A stretch of DNA of 54,417 nt from Deltaproteobacteria bacterium (GTDB lineage Bacteria; Myxococcota; JACRCW01), in assembly GCA_016218805.1 (NCBI GenBank), contig JACRCW010000073.1, forward strand, positions 1-54,417, in the 5' to 3' direction. Under the pieces are notes generated by a model, which searched no databases, was not told the DNA's origin, and was given only the letters and a program-made list of their open reading frames with translations. The position numbers and the translations under genes were made by a program. Numbering within the stretch: the stretch's first letter is position 1; the number at the start of each line of letters is the position of its first letter. This document shows positions 41,173 to 51,737 of the stretch, piece by piece.

Positions 41173-42312
41173 ATGAAGTACGTGGCCGCGCTCAGCGGCG
41201 GGGTGGACAGCAGCGTTGTGGCCGGGCTCCTGAAGGAAGCCGGCCATGACGTGCTGGGCATCATGCTCAAGCTGGCTCCGGACCGGGACGGCGCGCCTGC
41301 CGCGCGGCGCTGTTGCTCGCTGGATGACGCCCTGGACGCCCGCGCCGTGGCAAACCGGCTGGGCATTCCGTTTTACGTCGTCAACGCCCAGGAGGAATTC
41401 GCCCGGCACGTGGTGGAACCCTTTGTGGGTGCGTACCGGGAGGGGCGCACGCCCATTCCGTGCGTGGCCTGCAACACGCACCTCAAGTTTGGCCGGCTGG
41501 TCCAGCACGCGCGCGCGCTGGGAGCGCGGCTGGCCACCGGCCACTACGCCCGCGTGGTGCATGGGCCGGACGGTCCCCAGCTGCACCGCCCGGCCGACCG
41601 CGACCGCGACCAGACCTATTTCCTGCACGCCATTGGCCTGGAGGCGCTGGGCGCGGTGGACTTCCCGCTGGGTGAGCTGCGCAAGCCCGCCGTGCGCGCC
41701 CATGCCGCCCGCCTGGGGCTCCCGGTGGTGGCCAAGCCGGACAGCCAGGAGATCTGTTTTGTGCCGGATGAGGGGCACGGGGCGTTTGTGGAGCTGTGGG
41801 ACGGGAAGGGCGCCACCCCGGGCGAACTGGTGGACCCGGCGGGAAACCTGGTGGGGCACCACCGCGGGGTCCACACGCTCACTGTGGGCCAGCGCAAAGG
41901 GCTGGGGGTGCGCACCACGGACCGCCTGTACGTGCTGCAACTGGACGCGAGGGATGGCCGCGCCTGGGTGGGGCCGGAGACTGAACTGCTCGCCCGTGGG
42001 CTGGTGGCACAGGACGCCCGCTGGCTGGCCACGGACGCGGAACTGGAGACGCTGCTTGCGGGGCCGGTGCAGGTCCAGGTGCGCGCTCGGCACGTGGCGG
42101 CGGAGGCCAGGGTTGAGCGGATGGGGTCCGGTTTCCGGGTGGCGTTCCAGGAGCCCCAGCGCGCGCTGGCACCGGGTCAGTCCGCCGTGGTCTACGCGGA
42201 CACACGCTGCCTGGGCGGCGGCACCATCCAGGCCGCCTGGAGCCCGCTGCCCACGGGTCCCCACAACCCCTCCGTCTGCTTGGATAGTGCTTTAACAAAG
42301 TCGCATATCTAG
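41173..42312 (+). CDS. mnmA: tRNA 2-thiouridine(34) synthase (CxxC type)
   Basis: SGGVDS, CCS, PCVACN, ATGHYA, DQTYFL, DSQEICF, TVGQRKG, APGQ. Confidence 0.95.
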   Translation: MKYVAALSGGVDSSVVAGLLKEAGHDVLGIMLKLAPDRDGAPAARRCCSLDDALDARAVANRLGIPFYVVNAQEEFARHVVEPFVGAYREGRTPIPCVACNTHLKFGRLVQHARALGARLATGHYARVVHGPDGPQLHRPADRDRDQTYFLHAIGLEALGAVDFPLGELRKPAVRAHAARLGLPVVAKPDSQEICFVPDEGHGAFVELWDGKGATPGELVDPAGNLVGHHRGVHTLTVGQRKGLGVRTTDRLYVLQLDARDGRAWVGPETELLARGLVAQDARWLATDAELETLLAGPVQVQVRARHVAAEARVERMGSGFRVAFQEPQRALAPGQSAVVYADTRCLGGGTIQAAWSPLPTGPHNPSVCLDSALTKSHI

Positions 42313-42442
42313 CTGTAACAGTTGGTTATTATTGTCTTGCTCGCGTTGGATACACTCCCGTCCGCCGCGACTTTTCCCCACGGCTTTCCACAGCGCGGCG
42401 AACCGCGCTACGGGGCGCCTGCCCAGAACCCGGAGGACCCCA

Positions 42443-42802
42443 GTGACGGACAATCCCCAGCCGGCGGTGGACCCAGCCAAGCGTCGTCAACGGACCCTAG
42501 GGTTCACGGTGGCCATGGTGGCGGTGTGTGCCGCGTTCATTGGCCTGTCCATGCTGGAGGGTCCGCCCCAGATGCCCATGAACGAGCGGCACAGGAACCT
42601 AAAGGAAGACCCACCGTGTCTGACCTGCCACAACTGGCCGGACAAGCTGCCAAGCCCGCTGCCCGAAGGCTTCAAGCCCATGTCCGCCAACCACCCGCCG
42701 CCCAGGCCCAAGAAAGTCCGGCCCGTGATCAGCGACGGGGGGGCGAACGAGGCGCCGCCCGCGCCGCAGTTTGAATGCCTCAAGTGCCACCGACCGCACT
42801 GA
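42443..42802 (+). CDS. small membrane-anchored diheme c-type cytochrome
   Basis: GGAGG then GTG; one transmembrane helix; CLTCH and CLKCH; PPQMP..H and SANH segments recall NapB. Confidence 0.78.
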   Translation: MTDNPQPAVDPAKRRQRTLGFTVAMVAVCAAFIGLSMLEGPPQMPMNERHRNLKEDPPCLTCHNWPDKLPSPLPEGFKPMSANHPPPRPKKVRPVISDGGANEAPPAPQFECLKCHRPH

Positions 42803-42823
42803 GTACACGTCCTGCGTGCGGGG

Positions 42824-42889
42824 GTAGAGCGCGGGCAATGACCCGCATCTCATTCGGGCGGGGGACAAGCCGGACAAGCCCCGCCCCAC
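42824..42889. repeat. GTAG-type REP-like inverted pair
   Basis: GTAG-AGC-GCGGG..CCCGC on the plus strand and GTGG-GGCGGGG..CCCGCCC on the minus strand, with a GGACAAGCC tandem duplication. Confidence 0.45.
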
Positions 42890-42898
42890 AAGTAGCGT

Positions 42899-43012
42899 GC
42901 GGAAAACGCGCGGAAGCCCGGGGAGCCCGCGGAAACGCGCGGAAACGCGCGGAAAGAGCCGCGGAGACCAGAGGAGACCCGCGGAAAGAGCCGCGGAAGC
43001 CAGAGGAAAGAG
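42899..43012 (+). repeat. degenerate tandem array of about 10-bp units (core GNGGA)
   Basis: Units start at 42899, 42910, 42920, 42929, 42939, 42949, 42961, 42971, 42981, 42993, 43003; no T on the plus strand from 42899 to 43016. Confidence 0.8.
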
Positions 43013-43186
43013 CAGCTTAAAAAGCAGCGGAACAGCGTCCTCCGCCACACCCGGCGGCGGGAAACAATGTGGCCGCCTCTCCGGTGCCGGCCCCTGGCAG
43101 CGCGGCGCTTCCCCGGAGAAAGCGACTTCTGAGCGGGCTTTCTGCTGCCAGGCGGGCGGGCAGGTCCGCTTCTGGTCCGGACGTAA

Positions 43187-43214
43187 AGTTAACATAACGT
43201 TGATTATCGGACCT
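43187..43214 (-). other. dif: dif site (XerC/XerD chromosome-dimer resolution site)
   Basis: Minus strand AGGTCCGATAA-TCAACG-TTATGTTAACT; 11-6-11 layout; XerD arm 10/11 identical to E. coli TTATGTTAAAT; intergenic and AT-rich. Confidence 0.85.
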
Positions 43215-43303
43215 TGACTGTGGCGTCCGGACGCGGAGAACCGGCGCTCCCAAGCGCCCCCCGGCGGTTTCCTGCGCCCCCCCGGGACTGGTATTCGGGT
43301 GCC

Positions 43304-43879
43304 ATGCATGGGTTCCGGAGCGGTCTGGTCTGCCTGGCGGTTGCCGCCGCGGGTTGTGATGGCAACACAGACCCGGCTGACGCTGGCACCCGCCGCGGCT
43401 TGGACGCCAGCGCCATCCCGGCGGCGGCGGCGGTGGATGCAGGCGTGGCGGCCACCAAGCCCGTGCTCCGGGCGTGGCACGTGTTGGACGGCGGTGATCA
43501 ACCCGTTCCAGCGGGCGCGCTGATACGGCCGGCGCGACTCAGGCTTTCGGTCCCGGATGCCCCGGCCAACGCGCTGGGCGCGCGCCTGAAGACCGGCGCC
43601 GGCGTCCACCTCCCGCTGGAGTTCACGGCCGCCGCCTTGGACGCAGGCGCCGTGGTGGACGTCCTCATCCCCGTGGACCCCTATGCCGGAGACGCCGTTC
43701 TGGACTGGGTCGTTCGGCCCACGGTGACCACGACGGAACGGTTGCTGCTGCGGACCGCCCTGGTCCTGGCTGAGGTACCGGGCGCCGTGAAACCCGCCGA
43801 GCCCACCGCCAAAGCGACCCCGAAATCCAAGGCGAAGCATGCAAAAAAGAAATCAAAAACAAAGAAGCGCAAGCGATAG
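43304..43879 (+). CDS. hypothetical lipoprotein with a Lys-rich C-terminal tail
   Basis: Lipobox AAGC; ends KSKAKHAKKKSKTKKRKR. Confidence 0.65.
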   Translation: MHGFRSGLVCLAVAAAGCDGNTDPADAGTRRGLDASAIPAAAAVDAGVAATKPVLRAWHVLDGGDQPVPAGALIRPARLRLSVPDAPANALGARLKTGAGVHLPLEFTAAALDAGAVVDVLIPVDPYAGDAVLDWVVRPTVTTTERLLLRTALVLAEVPGAVKPAEPTAKATPKSKAKHAKKKSKTKKRKR

Positions 43880-44767
43880 TTAAAGTTGAACCGGAACGGC
43901 ATGGAGCGCGTCCGCCACCGCCGCGAGCATCAGCGGCCCCCCCTGGTCACGCTCCAGCCAGGACGTTCTCAGCGGCGCCGGCTTGGGCGCCCCGGGAACC
44001 GAACCCAGCGTCCGCGCGGCCAGATGGTCGTGCGCCCAGGCGGCCAGGAACGGGAGGGACCAGACGTCTTCCATGTTGTATTCGCACAGGCGCTGGAGCA
44101 CGGCGCGGTCCCCGGCCTGCAGCCATAGGGACCACAGCGCAATGGCGTCCCCGCCGCGCAGGTTCTCCACGTGGGGGGCGCGCTGCCAGCCCGCCATCCG
44201 CTCAATGGCCTTCAACCCGCCCAGCCAGCGCATCCTCCGGGCCACCGCCACCAGGTCCAGGTGTATCTGCGGGACCGGGATGGCAGGCCACGCCTTCACC
44301 AGCATGGGCACGTCAAACGCCAGCCCATTGAAGGACACCAGCGCTGAGGCGCCCTCCAGAATGGACCAGTCCGGGTCCCGCCCCGTGGCGCGCAGCCAGC
44401 AACTCGCGCGGTCGCGCGAGCGCAGACACACCGCGGTGATGCCCTCCGGTGTGTCCCGCCCGTCCGTTTCAATGTCCACGAACGCAGCCCCCTCCAGCAC
44501 CAACGGCAGCACCCGCCAGCGCTCCCTTGTGGGCAGCATGGCGTGAAGCGCGCAGGCGTCCCGCGCGGCCACCAACGCGTCCCACCGCTCCACGTGCGCC
44601 ACCACCGCGGCCGCCCGGGGCCCCTTCACGCCCACCTGCCCCAGCGCCTCAGGCAGCTTGGCCCGGTCCCACGCGCCCGTATTCCACAACGCCCGCTCCC
44701 GGGACGCCCCAACCCCCGGCGCACCAGACAGCGACCACGGCAGCACCCCCAAGGATCCAGTTGACAT
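43880..44767 (-). CDS. RNase H-like 3'-5' exonuclease (YprB/PolB-exonuclease-like)
   Basis: FVDIET, SFNGLAFD, GGLKAIE, YNMEDV. Confidence 0.85.
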   Translation of the reverse strand: MSTGSLGVLPWSLSGAPGVGASRERALWNTGAWDRAKLPEALGQVGVKGPRAAAVVAHVERWDALVAARDACALHAMLPTRERWRVLPLVLEGAAFVDIETDGRDTPEGITAVCLRSRDRASCWLRATGRDPDWSILEGASALVSFNGLAFDVPMLVKAWPAIPVPQIHLDLVAVARRMRWLGGLKAIERMAGWQRAPHVENLRGGDAIALWSLWLQAGDRAVLQRLCEYNMEDVWSLPFLAAWAHDHLAARTLGSVPGAPKPAPLRTSWLERDQGGPLMLAAVADALHAVPVQL

Positions 44768-44786
44768 AACTCAGGTACTGTCAACT
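44759..44786. other. second Xer-like 11-6-11 palindromic site (or translational hairpin)
   Basis: AGTTGACATAA-CTCAGG-TACTGTCAACT; left arm differs by one base from the XerD arm of the dif site. Confidence 0.4.
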
Positions 44787-45119
44787 TGCGTCGGAGGGGC
44801 CGGCATCAACGTAGACCCCAGCAGCCTGGCCCGCGTCCGTGGGAGTGGCCGGCTCAAGCGGGTCAAAGCCCAGCAGGAACTCCAGGGTCTTCTTGATCTG
44901 TCCGCTGAGGCGCTCCCTGCCGCCATCCGCGCGGTACGGCGGGTCCGTGTGCACCCAGGACCCTCCGTCCAGCCCGGGGACGGGTCCAATGTCTGCAGTG
45001 GAGATAATCCGCGGAGCCCAGCCTGGAGCGCCCTGGCCCCGGGCCTGGGGTGCCGCGGTGAGCCAGGCCGCCGAAGCGATGGCGCCCAGCACCAGCGCGG
45101 GTCTCCAGGAACGGTTCAT
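44781..45119 (-). CDS. small secreted hypothetical protein
   Basis: Signal MNRSWRPALVLGAIASAAWLTA; fills the gap between co-oriented genes. Confidence 0.6.
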   Translation of the reverse strand: MNRSWRPALVLGAIASAAWLTAAPQARGQGAPGWAPRIISTADIGPVPGLDGGSWVHTDPPYRADGGRERLSGQIKKTLEFLLGFDPLEPATPTDAGQAAGVYVDAGPSDAS

Positions 45120-45123
45120 GGGC

Positions 45124-45996
45124 CTACCGTGTAGCAGGCGGGGCCTGCTGCGCGGAAGGGTCCTCCAGGCCGTCCACCAGTTTGTCCGCCAGCTCCCTGC
45201 CGACGTCACGCCCCAGGCGGTCTGCCACGTCGGCTCGGAACGCGTCCAGGTCAAACCCGGGGGACCCGCGCGCTTTCAGCTTCTGTTCGCGGGTGGCCGC
45301 CGCGGACAGCGGTGGCGCGCTGCCGGAGCGGACCAGGTAGGCGCGGGCGCGGAACCGCACCGTGGTGTCCAGCGGGACGGGGACCAGGAACAACAGCGCA
45401 CCCACGCCCAGCGTGCAGCAGGCCAGCCCGTTGAGCGTGGAGGCCAGCAGGCTGGTGTCCGGCAGGCGGGCGTGCGCGTCAATCAGTTCCACCCAGGTTG
45501 CAGCGTCGTAGTCCCGGTAGTGCGCCAGAAACGCCGCGGCGCGGGCGGCGTCGGGATCCGCGGCCAGCGGGTCCGCGCTCGCGTCACGCACGGCGTCGTC
45601 TCCCAGGTGCGCCTTGAGACGGGCGGCCAGCGCGTCCAGCAGTGGCGGGAGCGCTTCATCTGTGCCCAGCTCACCCGTGGCCACCCGCTGCGTGTCCGTT
45701 TGCGGCGCCTGGGGCACCCCAAAGGGGCTGAACGGGTCCGGGTACGCGTACGGATAGCGCCGCGCGGCGTACGGATCCGCCGGCGGGAGCACCGGCTCCA
45801 GGGGCGTGCGGACGTCCTTGTGGGTGGCGCCGCCCCCGCGCCGCAACCGCAGGTCCGTCCCGCCCAGCAGCGCCACCAGCGGGCCGGACTGCGCTTCCAC
45901 GGGCTCCGGGTCCGGGAAGCGCGTCTGGATGGTGTACCCGCACGCCGCCAGGGCACCCCAGCTGACGACGAGGGCGACCACCACCCGCACGCGCAT
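45124..45996 (-). CDS. hypothetical lipoprotein
   Basis: GGAGG RBS; lipobox LAAC; internal hydrophobic segment CCTLGVGALLFLVPVP. Confidence 0.7.
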   Translation of the reverse strand: MRVRVVVALVVSWGALAACGYTIQTRFPDPEPVEAQSGPLVALLGGTDLRLRRGGGATHKDVRTPLEPVLPPADPYAARRYPYAYPDPFSPFGVPQAPQTDTQRVATGELGTDEALPPLLDALAARLKAHLGDDAVRDASADPLAADPDAARAAAFLAHYRDYDAATWVELIDAHARLPDTSLLASTLNGLACCTLGVGALLFLVPVPLDTTVRFRARAYLVRSGSAPPLSAAATREQKLKARGSPGFDLDAFRADVADRLGRDVGRELADKLVDGLEDPSAQQAPPATR

Positions 45997-46096
45997 GGAT
46001 CCACCTCCCGAAAGCCGCACGCCCACGCGCCCAGAGAATAGGGAGCGCGTGGGCGTGGCGGGACTTCATGGGGACGCCCCGCGGGGGCGCGTCCTT

Positions 46097-47371
<1,275 letters not shown>

Positions 47372-47528
47372 GGGGCGTTGTCCTCGGGGAAAGGGGGCCC
47401 GTCCATACCCGCACGCCCCACCCACAAACAACCCCCGGAGCCGGTCTCCTCGTCACGGGTTGCCAGCCGGCGGACGCGCCCCTAGGTTGCCGCGGCCTTT
47501 CAGCCCGGGCGCGTCCACAGGAAGGTCC

Positions 47529-48683
47529 ATGAGCCAGAAGCGGGACTATTACGAGATTCTCGGCGTTGCGAAGGATGCCGACGAGAAGACGCTCAAAAGC
47601 GCCTACCGCAAGCTGGCGTTGAAGCTCCACCCGGACAAGAACCCCGGCAACAAGGAGGCCGAAGAGCAGTTCAAGGAGGCCTCCGAGGCCTACGCGGTCC
47701 TGTCCGACCCCGACAAGCGCGCTGCGTTTGACCGCTACGGTCACGCAGGCCTGGGCGGCGGCGGCGGCGGGGACCCGTTTGCGGGGTTTGGCTTTGGCGC
47801 GGGCGGGCCGTCCATCCAGGACATCTTTGGGGACCTGTTTGGTGAGTTCTTTGGCGGCGCGGGCGGACGCCGGCGTGGCGGCGGCGAGCGCGGCAGCGAC
47901 CTGCGGTACAACTTGGAGATCACGTTTGAGCAGGCGGCGTTTGGGATGGAGGAGGAACTCACCATCCCGCGCATGGGCGCGTGTGAGACGTGCAGCGGGT
48001 CCGGCGCCAAGCCGGGCACCCGGCCGCGTCCCTGCCAGGCCTGCGGGGGCATGGGCGAGATCCGCGTGACGCAGGGGTTCTTTGCCATCAGCCGCACCTG
48101 CCCCACCTGCCACGGCGCCGGCGTCATCGTGGAGAACCCGTGCACCAACTGTACGGGCACCGGGCGCGTGGAGCAGAAACGCAAGCTGAAGGTGAAGGTG
48201 CCCGGCGGGGTGTCAGACGGGACCAAGCTGCGCATGGTGGGTGAAGGCGAATCCGGCGCCCGCGGCGGCCCCCCGGGGGACCTGTACGTGGTGCTGCGGG
48301 TGAAGGATCACCCGTTCTTCACGCGCGAGGACTACGACGTCATCTGCGAGGTTCCCATCAGCTTCCCCCAGGCGGCGCTGGGCGCGAACCTGGAGGTCCC
48401 CACGCTGGATGGCAAGGTGAACCTCAAGATCCCCGAGGGAACGCAGACCGGCCGCGTGTTCCGGCTGCGCGGCAAGGGCATCCCGCAGCTCAAGCGCCGC
48501 CAGGATGAACCCACCGTGCGCGGGGACCAGCTGGTGCGGGTGGTGGTGGAAACGCCCACGGATCTCACCGAGGAACAACGGCAGCTGCTGCAGCGGTTTG
48601 CCGAGGTCAGCGGGCAGGCCGTCAATCACCCGCGCACCAAGGGGTTCTTTGACAAGGTCAAGGAACTGTTCGGGCAGGCCTGA
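47529..48683 (+). CDS. dnaJ: molecular chaperone DnaJ
   Basis: J domain with HPD, G/F region, four CxxCxGxG repeats. Confidence 0.97.
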   Translation: MSQKRDYYEILGVAKDADEKTLKSAYRKLALKLHPDKNPGNKEAEEQFKEASEAYAVLSDPDKRAAFDRYGHAGLGGGGGGDPFAGFGFGAGGPSIQDIFGDLFGEFFGGAGGRRRGGGERGSDLRYNLEITFEQAAFGMEEELTIPRMGACETCSGSGAKPGTRPRPCQACGGMGEIRVTQGFFAISRTCPTCHGAGVIVENPCTNCTGTGRVEQKRKLKVKVPGGVSDGTKLRMVGEGESGARGGPPGDLYVVLRVKDHPFFTREDYDVICEVPISFPQAALGANLEVPTLDGKVNLKIPEGTQTGRVFRLRGKGIPQLKRRQDEPTVRGDQLVRVVVETPTDLTEEQRQLLQRFAEVSGQAVNHPRTKGFFDKVKELFGQA

Positions 48684-48684
48684 G

Positions 48685-49029
48685 TCACTTCTTGGGCGGC
48701 GCGTCCCCCGTCGACATCATCGCGTCCAGGAACAGTTCGTCGTCAGACTTCTTGCGCGTGGTCACCACCGGCGCGGAGGGCCCGCGCTTGCCCGGCACGT
48801 CGTCAAACTTGCGCGCCGCGTCTGACCGCGCCATCCCGCCCACCGCCCGCGCGAACCGTTCCTCGTCGCTGAGCGCGTCCTCCCTGGCGGAGCGCCGCGC
48901 GGCCTCGTCCTGCTGGAGCCGCGTCCGCGCCTTGCGCTCAGCCTCCTCGGCGGCGGCCTGATCCTTGGCCAACTGCTGGGAGACCGTCTTGAGTTGGTCT
49001 GCCATTGTTCCCTGCTGCTTCTTGCCCAT
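48685..49029 (-). CDS. small coiled-coil protein resembling the N-terminal part of Smr-domain proteins
   Basis: DEERFARAV and DDELFLDAM motifs; no Smr domain follows. Confidence 0.6.
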   Translation of the reverse strand: MGKKQQGTMADQLKTVSQQLAKDQAAAEEAERKARTRLQQDEAARRSAREDALSDEERFARAVGGMARSDAARKFDDVPGKRGPSAPVVTTRKKSDDELFLDAMMSTGDAPPKK

Positions 49030-49197
49030 GGTGCGTAGAGCCTATCGCACTGCCACACCCGCTCCACACTCCCCTGCCCCGCTCCGCTTTCTTCCTGCCG
49101 TGGAAAACCCTATGTTCCCGCGGCCACCCGGCGAGCGCGGGTGCTGGCTCGGCGGATGCTGCTACGGGTCAGCGTCGTCGGCAGGGAGGTGCGGCAC

Positions 49198-49665
49198 ATG
49201 GCCATGTCCGAACCGATCCAAGGCATTTCCGTCCGCGCCCCCGCGGATCCGCCCGCGGCCCCCGCCCCGGGCGCCTGGGCCATGGCGCGGATCCTCACCA
49301 TGGCGCTGCTGTACGTGGCCGCCGCCGTCCCTGCGTTCCTGGCAGGCGTGGACGTGGCCGGCTGGTGCCTGGTCCTTTTGGGCCTGGGCCTGGTGGCGCG
49401 GTTCCCCATGGCGGGCTTCTGCGCCGTGATGGGCGGCGGCGCGTACCTGCTGCTGACGGCGGTGGCCATCCTGTCCCCGTCCACGTTTGGGCCCTCCGGG
49501 CTGTTTGAACATGAAGGCTGGATGCTGGCCTGCTCCTGGCTCACGCTGGCCGCCTCCGCCGCCAGCCTGCTGCTCATGAACGTTCCCACCTTCACCCAGG
49601 CGTTCCGCCGCGAAGGCCGCCCCGTGGCCCAGTGGGACTCCGTGGGCATCCCGCAGCGAAGTTGA
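49198..49665 (+). CDS. hypothetical membrane protein (about 4 TM)
   Basis: GGAGG RBS, hydrophobic segments. Confidence 0.65.
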   Translation: MAMSEPIQGISVRAPADPPAAPAPGAWAMARILTMALLYVAAAVPAFLAGVDVAGWCLVLLGLGLVARFPMAGFCAVMGGGAYLLLTAVAILSPSTFGPSGLFEHEGWMLACSWLTLAASAASLLLMNVPTFTQAFRREGRPVAQWDSVGIPQRS

Positions 49666-49697
49666 CCCGGCCGCCCGCGCGCGCCACCTTCCCTTCC

Positions 49698-50027
49698 ATG
49701 TCCCGCGCGGCTGTCCTGGTGACCGTGCTGCTGTTCGCCGCCGCGTGTGGCCGCACCACGTCGGAACGTTGCGCCAACTCCGGGCTGTGCGTGGACTGCA
49801 CCTCAACCTGCGAACGGTTGCTGCAGTGCCGCGTGGGGTTCGGCCAGGACCACACGCTGCCCGGCCCGCGCGATGACCAGTCCCGCTGCGTCCGCGGGTG
49901 CCTCACGTCCGACATCATCACGCCGCAACGTCAACAGTGCATCCTGGATACCGACCCCGGTGACGTTGAGAAGTGCCACCGCGACGTGCTGGGGTGCCTG
50001 GGCGTGGAAGACGCGGGAACGCGGTGA
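49698..50027 (+). CDS. small Cys-rich lipoprotein
   Basis: Lipobox AAAC followed by 10 further Cys. Confidence 0.7.
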   Translation: MSRAAVLVTVLLFAAACGRTTSERCANSGLCVDCTSTCERLLQCRVGFGQDHTLPGPRDDQSRCVRGCLTSDIITPQRQQCILDTDPGDVEKCHRDVLGCLGVEDAGTR

Positions 50028-50052
50028 AATACGCTCCGGTGGCGGCGCTCCC

Positions 50053-50110
50053 CCCCCCACCCTGGCGATGCAGGGCATCGCCAGACCTCCCCCCGCAAGC
50101 GGGGGGAGGC
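50053..50110 (+). repeat. two-hairpin REP-like element, copy 4
   Basis: CCCCCCACCC-TGGCGATGC/AGG/GCATCGCCA-GA-CCTCCCCCCGC/AA/GCGGGGGGAGG. Confidence 0.85.
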
Positions 50111-50155
50111 GTATTGCCCGGTGGACGTGCTTGTGCGAGAAAAAAACTCTTCCGT

Positions 50156-50229
50156 GCTCCCGTAGCTCAGCCGGATAGAGCGGCGGTTTCCTAAACCGCA
50201 GGTCGGGTGTTCGAGTCACCCCGGGGGCG
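50156..50229 (+). tRNA. tRNA-Arg(CCT)
   Basis: Cloverleaf; anticodon arm GCGGT-TTCCTAA-ACCGC; GTTCGAG T-loop; CCA not encoded. Confidence 0.95.
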
Positions 50230-50231
50230 TT

Positions 50232-51098
50232 TCACTTCTTCGCGTCGTCATACCGGTACACGCCGCGGTGGCTCTTGCGGCCCAGCAGCCCCGCGTCCAC
50301 GTACTGCCGCAGCAGCGTGTTCGGCCGGTACTTGCTGTCGCCAAACTGCGTGTGCAGCACCTCCATGATCGCCAGGCACGTGTCCAGGCCAATGAGGTCC
50401 GCCAGTGCCAGCGGTCCCATGGGGTGGTTCATTCCCAGCTTCATCGTCGTGTCAATGTCCTCCGCCGTGCTCAGGCCCTGCTCCAGCGCGCAAAAGGCCT
50501 CGTTGATCATCGGCATGAGCAGGCGGTTGGCAATGAACCCCGGCAGGTCCTTGCTCGTGGTCACCGTCTTGCCCATCTTTTCCGCCAGCGCCTTGGTGGC
50601 GGCGTACGTCTCGTCTGACGTCACCAGTCCGCGGATGATCTCCACCAGCTGCATCATGGGCACCGGGTTCATGAAGTGCATGCCAATGAACCGCTCCGGC
50701 CGGGACGTGCCCGCCGCCAGCCGCGTCACCGAAATGGACGACGTGTTGGTGGCCAGGATGACCCCGGGCCGCGCGATCTTGTCCAGCTGGTCAAAGATGG
50801 TCTTCTTGAGCTTCTCGTTCTCCGTGGCCGCTTCCACCACCAGGTCCGCGCCGGACAGCTTCTGCAGGTCCGCGGTGAACGTGATGCGCTTGAGCGCTTC
50901 GTCCGCCTGGGCCTGCGTGAGCTTCTCCTTCTTCACCAGCCGCCCCAGCGAGCCCTTCACCGTGTCCCGCGCCTTGTCCAGCGCGCCCTGGTTGACGTCC
51001 GTGCAGATGACGTCAATCCCGGACTGCGCCGCCACCTGCGAAATACCATTGCCCATCTGCCCCGCGCCGACGACGCCGAGCACCTTGATCTCTGCCAT
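50232..51098 (-). CDS. hbd: 3-hydroxybutyryl-CoA dehydrogenase
   Basis: GAGQMG, NTSS, GMHFMNP, PGFIANR, HPMGP. Confidence 0.93.
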   Translation of the reverse strand: MAEIKVLGVVGAGQMGNGISQVAAQSGIDVICTDVNQGALDKARDTVKGSLGRLVKKEKLTQAQADEALKRITFTADLQKLSGADLVVEAATENEKLKKTIFDQLDKIARPGVILATNTSSISVTRLAAGTSRPERFIGMHFMNPVPMMQLVEIIRGLVTSDETYAATKALAEKMGKTVTTSKDLPGFIANRLLMPMINEAFCALEQGLSTAEDIDTTMKLGMNHPMGPLALADLIGLDTCLAIMEVLHTQFGDSKYRPNTLLRQYVDAGLLGRKSHRGVYRYDDAKK

Positions 51099-51128
51099 GG
51101 GTACCTCCGTGTGAGTTGCGGTTTCTCG

Positions 51129-51737
51129 TCAATTCGCCTTGGCGCCAATGGGCCAGGTGCACCGCGGTCCCACCGCGAACGCCGCCGTGTTGTCCCCGTC
51201 CACCGCGCCCAGCGTGCCGGACAGGACGCCGGTGCCCGGGTCGTCTTCGGCCTCCACGGTGGCCTCCAGCGTGGTCCCGTCAAACGCCGTCACCTCCAGG
51301 AACCCGCTGCGGAACTCGCCGTACGCGTGCATCTCGCGCCGCTCCACCAGGCCGCTGTCGTCGTCGTCATCACCCTGGAACGCCTGGATCCACAGCACGC
51401 CCGCGTCTCCGCGCCCCAGCGTGATCCGCTCCCCCACGTGGTCCTGCAGGATGGACCGCGCGCTCTTGGGGTTGCAGTTGGTGCTGCCTGAGTTGGCCGC
51501 ACCGGAGGGGACCATCACCAGCTGGATGGGCATCCCCGCCACGCACTGCCCCAGGCGCACGCTCACGTCGCACGGGAACAGCTTGAGGCTGGCCGTGCCG
51601 TCCGCCAGCTGCGAATCCACCGCCGCTCCCGCGTCCGTCCCGGGCAGCTTCACGCGCACGTCATACTTGGGGTTGTCCCCGCACGCGGCGGCGCCGCACA
51701 CTGCCAGCGCCACCGCCCAGCTGATTCCACGTTGCAT
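51129..51737 (-). CDS. hypothetical lipoprotein
   Basis: MQRGISWAVALAVCGAAAC; start overlaps the thiolase stop. Confidence 0.7.
   Translation of the reverse strand: MQRGISWAVALAVCGAAACGDNPKYDVRVKLPGTDAGAAVDSQLADGTASLKLFPCDVSVRLGQCVAGMPIQLVMVPSGAANSGSTNCNPKSARSILQDHVGERITLGRGDAGVLWIQAFQGDDDDDSGLVERREMHAYGEFRSGFLEVTAFDGTTLEATVEAEDDPGTGVLSGTLGAVDGDNTAAFAVGPRCTWPIGAKAN

Noticed and set aside
42270..42400. AT-rich stretch with a DnaA-box-like CTTTCCACA, considered as oriC
   Set aside because: Only one good box, no dnaA/dnaN/gidA context, and dif lies 0.8 kb away; more likely a promoter
42899..43012. CRISPR array
   Set aside because: Units are about 10 bp with no unique spacers, and no cas genes are present
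42775..43253. Short ORFs across the repeat/dif interval
   Set aside because: They stay open because the repeat lacks T; low complexity, no RBS, and some overlap dif
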